Positions 42,985 to 52,009 of a stretch of 64,000 bases of DNA are shown piece after piece. The notes beneath the pieces were generated by a model. It had not been told where the DNA came from, searched no databases, and saw nothing but the letters and a program-made list of their open reading frames with translations. Position numbers and translations under genes: made by a program. The number at the start of each line of letters is the position of its first letter. Position 1 is the first letter of the stretch. This stretch comes from a virus (taxonomy: Duplodnaviria; Caudoviricetes), in the IMG/VR virus record IMGVR_UViG_2843291059_000004, positions 32,001 to 96,000 of that record, one strand, 5' to 3'.

Positions 42985-43608
42985 TTGGATTTTGAGATTC
43001 AGCTGCCCGAAGAGATCACTGAACTGATGAACAAGGGTGGTCTCCCCTCTCCTGAGATGATGAATTTCTATGTTGATGAGAAAGAGCGTATCTTTTTTAT
43101 CGACTTTGAGATTGACCAGTCTCTGATTGAAATTGAACGTAAAATTCTGCAATACAATCGTATCGATAAGAATACCCCTGTTGAGCAGCGCAAGCCCATT
43201 AAACTGTTTATTTACAGCTATGGTGGTGAGTTGGACGCTATGTTCAGTTTCATTGATGTTGTTGCACTGAGCAAGACTCCTGTTTGGACGATTAACGCAG
43301 GTATTGCAATGAGCGCTGCTCTTGTGATGTTGCTGTCTGGTCAGAAGCGCTTTGCTCTGCCTCATTCTACTGCGCTGATTCACAGTGGCTCTGGAGGTAC
43401 GCAGGGTACTTTTGAGCAGTCTAAGATGGCTATGGACTACTACGAGAAGCAGGTTGTGAAGATGCGTGAGTATATTATGGCTCATTCTGCCATTGACAAG
43501 AAGACTATGACAAAGAATAAGGCCAAGGATTGGTATCTGGATGCTAATGAGCAGGTCAATTTTGGTATCGTCGATAAGATTTGCGATGATGTGGATGAGT
43601 TCAATTAA
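42985..43608 (+). CDS. clpP: ClpP-family serine protease
   Basis: IYSYGG, AMSAA (Ser), ALPHSTALIH (His), KDWYL (Asp), FGIVD. Confidence 0.9.
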   Translation: MDFEIQLPEEITELMNKGGLPSPEMMNFYVDEKERIFFIDFEIDQSLIEIERKILQYNRIDKNTPVEQRKPIKLFIYSYGGELDAMFSFIDVVALSKTPVWTINAGIAMSAALVMLLSGQKRFALPHSTALIHSGSGGTQGTFEQSKMAMDYYEKQVVKMREYIMAHSAIDKKTMTKNKAKDWYLDANEQVNFGIVDKICDDVDEFN

Positions 43609-43624
43609 GGGAGAGTTGTAATAT

Positions 43625-44338
43625 ATGGCTTCTGATAAGACTGAAATGCGTAAGAAGAAGGATATCCCTCAGAGTCTGGATGAGTATTCTACCTTTTATG
43701 GTATGACGCTTGATCCAGAACAGAAAATTTTTAGGGACGCTATCTGGGACCCTAATATTGATGTCGTCTTTGCGAACGCCCGTGCCGGAACCGGTAAGAC
43801 TACAATTGCTGTTGGTGTTGCTGACCTGCTTGTTAAGTATGGTCGTTACAATGGCATTGTGTATATTGTATCTCCTACTCAGGAAGAGAAACAGGGTTAC
43901 CTTCCAGGAACTCAGGAACAAAAGAGTGCTCCGTACATGGAGCCACTTTTCGAGGCTCTTGAAACCATTGGCGTTAATCCAAATACGGCGGTAATTGCTG
44001 ATGAAAATCCTGAAAGTCAGAAGTATGGTGCGTACATCCAGTGTGCAGCACATACTTATATGCGAGGTGTCAACTTTGAAAACAAGGTTATTATCCTCGA
44101 CGAAATACAAAATTTCACTCTAGCCGATGCGAAGAAAGTCATTACGCGAGTAAAAGACTCGTGCCTCCTCATTGCGATCGGACATTCTGGTCAATGTGAC
44201 TTGTATAAGCACCCGGAACGGTCAGCACTGATTCCGTACACGGAGCATTTCAGGGGGCATGACCGTACCGCAATTTGTGAGTTGAATACAAATCATCGTG
44301 GTTGGATTAGCACTTGGGCTGATGCTCTTGAATGCTAA
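43625..44338 (+). CDS. phoH: PhoH-family ATPase
   Basis: ARAGTGKT, GYLPG, YMRG, ILDEIQN, GHSGQCD. Confidence 0.9.
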   Translation: MASDKTEMRKKKDIPQSLDEYSTFYGMTLDPEQKIFRDAIWDPNIDVVFANARAGTGKTTIAVGVADLLVKYGRYNGIVYIVSPTQEEKQGYLPGTQEQKSAPYMEPLFEALETIGVNPNTAVIADENPESQKYGAYIQCAAHTYMRGVNFENKVIILDEIQNFTLADAKKVITRVKDSCLLIAIGHSGQCDLYKHPERSALIPYTEHFRGHDRTAICELNTNHRGWISTWADALEC

Positions 44339-44380
44339 AATACTTCAATTTTGAAATAAAATATAAGGGAGAATAAAATT

Positions 44381-44569
44381 ATGGTTGCTAAGAAGAGTGT
44401 TGTTTTTAAGAACGCTATTATTGATACTGCCGAGGGCACTATCACTGAGATCACCAAGGACGGTGAGAACGTCTTCAATCTGAAGGAAGCTTTGGCAAAG
44501 TGGGATGGTATTGAGGGTGTCACCATCAATATTTCCACTTCTGATGAGCTGCTGGGCGACCCGGCTTGA
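44381..44569 (+). CDS. YonK-like small protein
   Basis: GTITEITKDGENVFNL..L..WDG pattern and position as in the SPbeta yon cluster. Confidence 0.55.
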   Translation: MVAKKSVVFKNAIIDTAEGTITEITKDGENVFNLKEALAKWDGIEGVTINISTSDELLGDPA

Positions 44570-45564
44570 TGCCAATGGGTTGCTATAATAAACGGCCAGA
44601 AGAAACGAGCGATGACTTCTTTGTAAGAATCGGGAATGCTGTTCTGGCTAGAGAATTGACTTGGGATGGCGCATCCAAAGTACTCAATGATGAATTGGGT
44701 AAGAATTTTGGTGAGTGCGCATATCGCAAGCGTTTTAAGGCATTCCGTGCGGGTATGCAGTATCAGGAGTCATTATCTAATAGAGATGTGGGAACCTGCA
44801 TTCTGTCTATTTCCGACCTACATATTCCATTCCAGAAGCCCATTGAGACTTTTAGTGAGTACGCTGGCAAGATTGATATTCTTCAGGTAAACGGAGATCT
44901 GGTAGATGCGCAGGCCATTTCTCGTTTCAACAAGGTGTATCGTAAGAGTCCAATGGAGGAAATTCTGATTGCACGTCAGTATATGATTGACCTGATTGAG
45001 ATGCTTCAGCCTAAGAAGGTTGTTGTCAATTATGGTAATCATGACTTACGCTTCCAGAATTATCTTGCTAAGAATCTGGACACCGACTTGCTTGAACTGA
45101 TGCCAAAGACATCTTTGGAGCTTATTTTTGTTGATGGCTTTAACCATTACAACAAGGAGCTTCATACAAAGGTTCATTACGACCCTCTGATTGATGTTTT
45201 TAAGGACAGTGGTATCGAGATCGGTTATAACGATACTTGGTTTAGTTTTGTTGGCGAAACAATTTTTGTGCATCCACTTGCTTACTCTAGCGGTATGTTG
45301 AAAACGGCAGAAAAGGCATATCGGTATTTCAAGGATAATGATTATTTCTTTGATACTATCGTGATGGCACACACTCATAAAACAGGTCACTATGATATCG
45401 GTAATTCTGTAATTTATGAGCAGGGCTGTTGTTGTGAAACGTCAAAAATGGATTACGCAGATGGAAAATTAACCCCATCTCAGCGAGAAGGATTTATTCT
45501 GGTCTATCAGGATAAATTTGGAAGGCTGAATGAAGATAAGACGCACATTGTACGTCTAAATTAA
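44566..45564 (+). CDS. Metallophosphoesterase/exonuclease
   Basis: ISDLHIP, NGDLVD, YGNHD, VH, MAHTH. Confidence 0.8.
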   Translation: MMPMGCYNKRPEETSDDFFVRIGNAVLARELTWDGASKVLNDELGKNFGECAYRKRFKAFRAGMQYQESLSNRDVGTCILSISDLHIPFQKPIETFSEYAGKIDILQVNGDLVDAQAISRFNKVYRKSPMEEILIARQYMIDLIEMLQPKKVVVNYGNHDLRFQNYLAKNLDTDLLELMPKTSLELIFVDGFNHYNKELHTKVHYDPLIDVFKDSGIEIGYNDTWFSFVGETIFVHPLAYSSGMLKTAEKAYRYFKDNDYFFDTIVMAHTHKTGHYDIGNSVIYEQGCCCETSKMDYADGKLTPSQREGFILVYQDKFGRLNEDKTHIVRLN

Positions 45565-45685
45565 AAGCGGTGAGCCCCTACCACTAAACGGGAACCTAAA
45601 AAAGAAGTACGACCGTAAGGTCTGCTTGGGACATCATTTGTTGTCTCCTTTTCTATGGGCTGGGGTGATTGCTCCAGCTTATTGT

Positions 45686-45773
45686 GCCAGTGTAGTTCAG
45701 TTGGTAGAACGCGGGTTTTGTAATCCCGATGCCTTTATGGATTTCGCATGTTCAAGTCATGTCACTGGCTCCA
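45686..45773 (+). tRNA. tRNA-Thr(TGT) with long variable region
   Basis: GCCAGTG/CACTGGC acceptor, TT-TGT-AA loop, 17-nt variable region, CCA. Confidence 0.7.
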
Positions 45774-45774
45774 T

Positions 45775-45850
45775 GCCACTTTAATTCAGTAGATAGAATG
45801 ATGTGTTCGTACCACATATGTCGTAGGTTTGATTCCTACAGGTGGCTCCA
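45775..45850 (+). tRNA. tRNA-Thr(CGT)
   Basis: ATGTG-TTCGTAC-CACAT arm, CCA. Confidence 0.75.
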
Positions 45851-46051
45851 AGCTGTGCGGTCAATAGTTGCTACCGCCTAGACCAACTCAATCTACGGAT
45901 GGTTGGATACAAAGTAGTTCTGTGGAACGAAATGATAAGCTATTCGTGTTTCGCCACGTTAATGCGAAGCTTTAAAAGTCTAAAACAAGCGTTTTATCAA
46001 CACGAGGACAATTCAACTAGCTCGGATGATTTGATGGATGCTTGTTTACAT

Positions 46052-46127
46052 GGGGATGTAGCTCAGTGGCTAGAGCATCTGACTGTTAATCAGAGTGTCG
46101 CCAGTTCAACTCTGGCTAGGGCCTCCA
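46052..46127 (+). tRNA. tRNA-Asn(GTT)-like with mispaired acceptor stem (pseudo or chimeric)
   Basis: Good D, anticodon and T arms; acceptor GGGGATG vs TAGGGCC has 3 mismatches. Confidence 0.55.
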
Positions 46128-46193
46128 AAGATTGTACAGCTATTCCCTACACCTTTATATAAAGGTAGCTGTACAGGAAAGTAGGGTTATTGT

Positions 46194-46285
46194 GCGGTCT
46201 TACTCAAGTGGTTGAAGAGAACGGTCCTGAAAACCGTTAGGTCGGCGAACCCGATGCCAGAGTTCGAATCTCTGAGACCGCGCCA
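46194..46285 (+). tRNA. tRNA-Ser(TGA)
   Basis: Class II, G73-CCA, loop CC-TGA-AA (C at position 33). Confidence 0.8.
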
Positions 46286-46352
46286 GTCCTTCTCCCGGAG
46301 GGCCTATATTATACCGGTTCCCTACCACCGACTAAAAGGTAGGTTTTATTGT

Positions 46353-46460
46353 GAGCTTGTAATGCGAAGAGGTTGAACGTGGCGGATGGTAGCAGACATC
46401 TGCACGAAGCGAGATTGCTTATTCGTGGATACAGCGCAGGTTCGAATCCTGTCAAGCTCG
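46353..46460 (+). ncRNA. tRNA-like RNA with non-canonical central arms
   Basis: GAGCTTG/CAAGCTC acceptor and canonical GCAGG-TTCGAAT-CCTGT T arm; no 7-nt anticodon loop. Confidence 0.55.
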
Positions 46461-46568
46461 AAGAAAATGGCTATATGAGCGCGACATATAGCAAGTCCGA
46501 AGTCTTGGTTTTAGAATCATGATGTACACATGACTTTCTACTTCTTGAGACACTTAGGCATCATATAG

Positions 46569-46648
46569 CGCAGCGTTGCCCAGTCAGGTCTACGGCACCG
46601 GCCTCATAAGCCGTGTATTCGTTGGTTCAAATCCAACCGCTGTACCCA
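46569..46648 (+). tRNA. tRNA-Met(CAT), initiator-like C1:A72 mismatch
   Basis: CT-CAT-AA loop, CCA; lacks the three consecutive G-C pairs of fMet anticodon stems. Confidence 0.7.
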
Positions 46649-46932
46649 GCATCTCTCCTTTTGCAAGCCTGAGTTATGGTTTTACTACTCCCTCCATAAC
46701 TCAGGTATTTGAAGATTATTATGCTACTTCGGTGGCAGGGCGCGGTACGTTATTGACGTAGCAAACCTATATAGATGATAAAGACTCCGCCGCGCCTCTC
46801 ACGGAAGCGTATAATGGCGGAGTCGTCTGAGCCCACTAAGCCTCTCAACGACGCGTATCATGGTGGGTCTTTTAATGAATGAAACACTCTTGGCCTCTGC
46901 TACGCAAGCACATTAGAGGGTGTCTTTTGTTT

Positions 46933-46968
46933 GCCGTGGAATGTGCGCACGTTCTACGGCTTTTATTT
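46933..46968 (+). terminator. Intrinsic terminator after the ncRNA cluster
   Basis: GCCGTGGAA...TTCTACGGC followed by T tract. Confidence 0.6.
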
Positions 46969-46991
46969 TGATTTTGAATGGAGGTGTATTG

Positions 46992-48113
46992 ATGCCGAGA
47001 AAGAAAAAGGTACTAGATTCCGTCGAGGCATCTATACCCACCAAGGAAAAATGGGAATGTACTCGTTGTGAACACTCATATGAAGCTCCAACTGGACATT
47101 TTTATAAAAATAGTTTTTCTCAATTATTTAAAAATCGAGGTGGGTTCTCTACTCTTTGTAAAGAGTGTGTCAATGAATTATTCGATGAGTACACGAAACG
47201 ATATGAGAGTGAACGTACAGCATGTATGATTCTCTGTCATATGTTGGATTTTCCATTCTATAACAGTCTTTATGATTCTATTGTGCAGAACTCAGGCTCT
47301 TGCAAACCAGGAATGTACGCCAGAGCTCTCTCGTGTCGGCAGTATCAATTTCAGACATTTGCAACCGTTCTTACGAATGGTGAATTGAATAAGAACGCTC
47401 TGGATGTTCGAGATGAAAAAGAACAGAAATGGTCTAAAGCTGAAATCCAAGCGAAGGACGATGTTATCGCTATTGTTGGTTACGACCCATTTGAAGGTCA
47501 TGCCGAAAATGATCGAAGATATCTGTTTAGTGATCTAATTAAATATTTTGAAGACGGAATTGAAGATGACCCTTATAAGCTGTCACAGATTATTCAGGTT
47601 GTCATCAATAACGGCCAGATTCGTAAGATTGATTTCCGACTTGCCCAGCTTGACCCGATGAATTCAGCAGACACTATCAAGAGCCTTAATGATATTAAGG
47701 TCAAGTTGGTTTCTAACAACGATAAAATTGCCAAGGAAAACGAGATTTCTGTCAAGAACCGTTCCAATAAGGATGCCGGACGTAATACGCTTACATTCTT
47801 GATGAAGGATATGCGGGAAAAGGATATTGCTGGTGCAGAAGCAAACTTTTACGACCAGTTACGGTCTCCGGGCACTCAATGGGCGGCAGATATGAGTGTT
47901 AAGGCAATCAAGGAAAATGCTTTCTTTGACGAAAATGATATGCAGGAAATTTTCGATACACAAAGAGAACTGATTGATAAGTTCCAGAAAGAAAGTGATG
48001 ACGCTAAGGAAAAATACAGGCTGTCTCTTATCGAAAATCAGCGGCTCAAAGAATTGTTAGAAGATGCTGGTATTGACGCAAACGCAAAAGATACGGATGG
48101 TGATGCCGTATGA
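46992..48113 (+). CDS. Zn-finger protein immediately upstream of TerL (candidate terminase small subunit, YonG-like)
   Basis: CTRC..FYK...LCKEC, GGAGGT RBS, overlaps TerL start. Confidence 0.6.
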   Translation: MPRKKKVLDSVEASIPTKEKWECTRCEHSYEAPTGHFYKNSFSQLFKNRGGFSTLCKECVNELFDEYTKRYESERTACMILCHMLDFPFYNSLYDSIVQNSGSCKPGMYARALSCRQYQFQTFATVLTNGELNKNALDVRDEKEQKWSKAEIQAKDDVIAIVGYDPFEGHAENDRRYLFSDLIKYFEDGIEDDPYKLSQIIQVVINNGQIRKIDFRLAQLDPMNSADTIKSLNDIKVKLVSNNDKIAKENEISVKNRSNKDAGRNTLTFLMKDMREKDIAGAEANFYDQLRSPGTQWAADMSVKAIKENAFFDENDMQEIFDTQRELIDKFQKESDDAKEKYRLSLIENQRLKELLEDAGIDANAKDTDGDAV

Positions 48114-50355
48114 GAATGAAACAAAGAGCGCCTATTATTACAGCCGTAAAACGTAAGATTTATGAGTGTGATGCGGCAACGATTGCGTTCTATCGGCGTA
48201 ATCCTGTTATTGCGGCCAGAGATTTATTGGGTATCCAACTATTTGACGCTCAGGCATATATGCTGGAACAAAGCTGGAATGCAAGTCATGTTCTTTGGGC
48301 ATGTAGTCGAAACTTTGGTAAGTCTTTTGTAGGTTCTGTTTTCATTCTACTAAAGGCTATCCTATATGAGAATCAAGCTATTTACATCGTAAGTAGCGTT
48401 GGTGATCAGAGTAAGGTAAGTTGCCTCACATATACAGAGATGTGTGTGTGCTTCTTGGTTAATTGCAGGTAATTGGTAAAGCTCTACACTAAAACGGAGT
48501 TGGAAACGACAAACGTAAATGTGCGAAAGCAGAAAAAACGTAGAGATGAGCTATGCTGAAATAAAAGCGTCTTATGACGTGCTAAGGCTCGTAATAATCC
48601 ATGTTCATGCAGCCACCACCCGTAACGTCTATATGACAGGATGAGGTTCAACGACTATCTCCTTGTGGGAGAGTAAAACCGCAAGCTTATGGCGGAGGAA
48701 AAATCAAGCTCCAAATTTATTTTGGATGATGAAATAGTCTATTCACGACAAGAAATTGTGTGGTCGTTTATGCGGCAATGTACAGTTGCGATGTACATTA
48801 AATACATTCAGAAACTTTTAATAAAATCGAAGAAATTGTCACTCGTGCTGGTAAGACGGCAGCGTCTATACGTAGTCTGCAAGATATTGCAGAGAAGGAA
48901 ACGAAAAAGTCTGCGACGAATAAGAGTGGTTTTAGTCATAATCCCGCCGGGTATGTTGTTGAGTTTTATAATGGTAGTTCCATCAGTACACTGAACTCCA
49001 ACCCGGATAGTGCAAGAAGTCGCCGTGCCAGTCTTGTGTTTTTTGATGAGGCAGCGTTTTGTGCTGACGAATTGATTGTTGTCTGTGAAGCATTTGCAAC
49101 TCAGAACACAGACTTCGTGACTGATACAGACGACAGCTATAATCCCGAGACACAACCGCGCAAGGTTCCTACACAACTTGTGTATGCTTCGAGTCAGGAT
49201 ACGATGGATAAACTATTCTATCGTTATTATAAAAACTTTGCAAAGCGTATGATTGCCGGTGACCGTGATTATTTTGTTTGCGACATGATTTGCGATGTTG
49301 CAATTCAGGTCTATATGAATGGTAAACCATACAAGGCTTTGTTGACAAGAGACAAAGTGGAAGCCGCTCTAAAGTCAAATAAAATGAAGGCGTTGCGTGA
49401 ATATTATAATCGCCCAAGCCGTGATGGTGGCGTAAACCAGATTATCAAATGGGGTACAGTTCGTCGCAATGAGCGAAAGTATATCCCACAGCTTTATTGG
49501 GATAAGAACTATCAGTATATTCTTGCGTTTGATCCTGCCCGCACAATGGATAATTCTATTGTTGGTGTTATGCGTATTTATAACGATCCAGAAAACGGCA
49601 TGTGTGGAGATATTATCAACTGCGTGAACATGGTTGATATTGCAAATGAGAAAAAATTCAAGCTCGATTCTAATCGTCAGCTTGAGCAGTTACATGAGTT
49701 GATTCTACATTACAATGGTCAAAATCCTGATTACGAGTACATTGATAGATTGATGATTGACCAAGGCGCTGGCGGCGGTGGTACTTCCACATATGCGGAC
49801 GGTTTGCTTAATAATTGGACCGATAAAACAGGTGCGGAACATCGTGGTTTTATCGACGCAAATCATGAATTATATGAAGGATATGATGCCCGTTACCCAG
49901 ATGCTGTTGATAAGCTACGTCTAATTAGTCCTCGTAAATTCCGTACTGCCATGGTTGAGGAATTTATTGAGTTGATGAATCTTGGCGTCATTCACTTCCC
50001 TCTTGAATATAACGGCGGAGATTACGTTCAGGTAGTAGACGGCGTGGATAAATCAACTGGTCAAGAAATTTTGAAGACGCATGAACTCACTTTAGAAGAA
50101 CAGACTGCATGGGTTAATATCGACTTGATGAAGAACGAGATTACAAGCATTCAGAAAACGACAAACTCTGAAAACACGACCGTAACATATGCTTTGGCAC
50201 CCGATGTTGCCAATAAAATTCACGATGATAGGTTCTATGTTGCTATTTTGCTTGCTCATCGTCTATACGAATTACGTCGTAAGGATAAAGTGCGCCAGTC
50301 TGCGGTGGAGACAATGACTGCTCCGCCGATTTGTATTTCTAACATTGACTTCTAA
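48110..50355 (+). CDS. terL: Terminase large subunit, split by a group I intron (exons ~48110-48417 and ~48813-50355, ~616 aa)
   Basis: Exon 1 ACSRNFGKS Walker A; exon 2 frame ETFNKIEE..NGSSI..ARSRRASLVFFDEAAF, AFDPA, IDQGAGGGG, HDDRF. Confidence 0.9.
48418..48812 (+). ncRNA. Group I intron (ORF-less, 395 nt) in terL
   Basis: Core P AATTGCAGGTAA, Q TTCATGCAGCC, R GTTCAACGACTA, S GAAATAGTCT; P1 GTAAGGT/GCCTCAC; removal restores frame. Confidence 0.85.
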
Positions 50356-50372
50356 GCAGAGGAGGTGAAAAT

Positions 50373-51998
50373 GTGGCAAGAAAGAAAAAGGAAGATTTTG
50401 ATGTCGTGACTGCTTCACAGACAGATGATGGTACTGTTGTGCTTACATCTGTAAACGAGCTTTCGGAAGAAAGAATGGACAATGTTATCCGCCATGCTAT
50501 CGCGTCCTATGATCCTGAAAACAAGCAATATAGTACATACCTGAAAATTTCAGCCTCCTCTGAAACGCTGACGGTTGACCGAATTGATGAACTTGCACGA
50601 GGGTTACAGTCGAGTCTGACGAATGTGCAGACGGTCAATGGAATCATCCGTAATTACATCAATAAAGATGACCTAATTGGTATTACCTATGATGCGATTG
50701 AAGCGAATGTTAATACGGAGTTTAAATGCAGTTTTGCGCAGTTCCCTGAACAGCGTAATAAGACAAAACAGGTAAATTACGCCCGTGAAGTGGTTGATGA
50801 TTTCAACACACAAATCAATGTGCGAAGTCTGTTACGTGCTGCCATTCCGATGACTTACGCAGAGGGCACTTATATTACATATCTGCGTCAGAAAGATGAG
50901 AACTACATTGTAGACTACTACCCTCTTGGTATTGCTGAGATAAGTGATTACCTATCAAATGGACAGCCTGTTGTGCTTATCAATATGTCTAAGCTGAAAT
51001 CCGCTTTAAGCAAGTCTATGCTGAAGGATAAGAAGAATAAAGCGCTATTCTTTGAAAATCAGGAGACTGAGATTCAGAACAACTACCCAGACGAGGTATA
51101 TCAGGCATTCAAAAACGGTGATACATACGCGAAGCTTGATGTTGACCACTGTGGTGTAATTCGCATTGGCAATATGGGTCAGAAGTATGGTGTTTCTCCC
51201 CTATTCCGCGCCTTACGCCCGGCATTGATGCTTGAGACTTTTGATACTTCGGACCGTGTGAATGCTAAGGCAAAGGCAAAGAAAATCATCTGGCAACAGC
51301 TTGACCCTGAATTGATGGGTCCAAACAAAGACAAGAAGGGTTTTTCTGAACAGGTGACGGCACACGATAACCTGCTGCGTGCATGGAAGCAAAATACCGT
51401 GCTTGTGACGACTGCTCCCTACGTCAAGGATATCAAATATGTTGAGCCGAAGGTTGAGATGACGAATATCGAGACTGTCAAACAGTATCGTAACCGAGAA
51501 ATGGCAGCTTTAGGTATTAGTTTCTTAAACACTGATGGTCAACAGACTGTTTCAACTGCAAAGGTGTCTCTTGACCAGCTGATGAAAAATATCGGTAAGA
51601 TTGCGGAACAGATTGAGGATGTATTAAAGCGATGGTATCGTATTCGCCTTGAAGATGCAGGTGTGGACACTATGTACTGCCCTGATGTAAAGGTCTCTAC
51701 TACTGAAATGATGGGTATGGAGATGAAGAAGGCGATTGCTCAGTTCCTGTTTACCACCTTGAATTGTTCTTACAAGACTGCTTACGAGTACATGGGGCTT
51801 CATGCTGAAGACGAACTCCGTAAACGTCAGGCCGAAACTGAGGAAGGTTATGATGATGTGTTTGTGGCTCGACAGACCTCTTATACATCAACCGGCAACT
51901 CAAGCGGTGGTGACAGTGATAAAAAGACAGGCCGTCCAAAGGGCGAGGAAACTGAAAAACAGATTTATGACCAGCAAAGAAATGAAGATAGTAAGTGA
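50373..51998 (+). CDS. Portal protein
   Basis: 541 aa directly after TerL; YGVSPL, tail GRPKG typical of portals. Confidence 0.75.
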   Translation: MARKKKEDFDVVTASQTDDGTVVLTSVNELSEERMDNVIRHAIASYDPENKQYSTYLKISASSETLTVDRIDELARGLQSSLTNVQTVNGIIRNYINKDDLIGITYDAIEANVNTEFKCSFAQFPEQRNKTKQVNYAREVVDDFNTQINVRSLLRAAIPMTYAEGTYITYLRQKDENYIVDYYPLGIAEISDYLSNGQPVVLINMSKLKSALSKSMLKDKKNKALFFENQETEIQNNYPDEVYQAFKNGDTYAKLDVDHCGVIRIGNMGQKYGVSPLFRALRPALMLETFDTSDRVNAKAKAKKIIWQQLDPELMGPNKDKKGFSEQVTAHDNLLRAWKQNTVLVTTAPYVKDIKYVEPKVEMTNIETVKQYRNREMAALGISFLNTDGQQTVSTAKVSLDQLMKNIGKIAEQIEDVLKRWYRIRLEDAGVDTMYCPDVKVSTTEMMGMEMKKAIAQFLFTTLNCSYKTAYEYMGLHAEDELRKRQAETEEGYDDVFVARQTSYTSTGNSSGGDSDKKTGRPKGEETEKQIYDQQRNEDSK

Positions 51999-52009
51999 GG
52001 TGATGAACG

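Noticed and set aside
48416-48811. GTAAGT...CAG resembles a spliceosomal intron
   Set aside because: Bacterial phage; clear group I core; GT-AG removal would shift the frame
48689-48994. ORFs inside or overlapping introns (48689-48994, 55103-55288)
   Set aside because: Overlap conserved ribozyme core or the true terL exon 2 in another frame; not credible proteins
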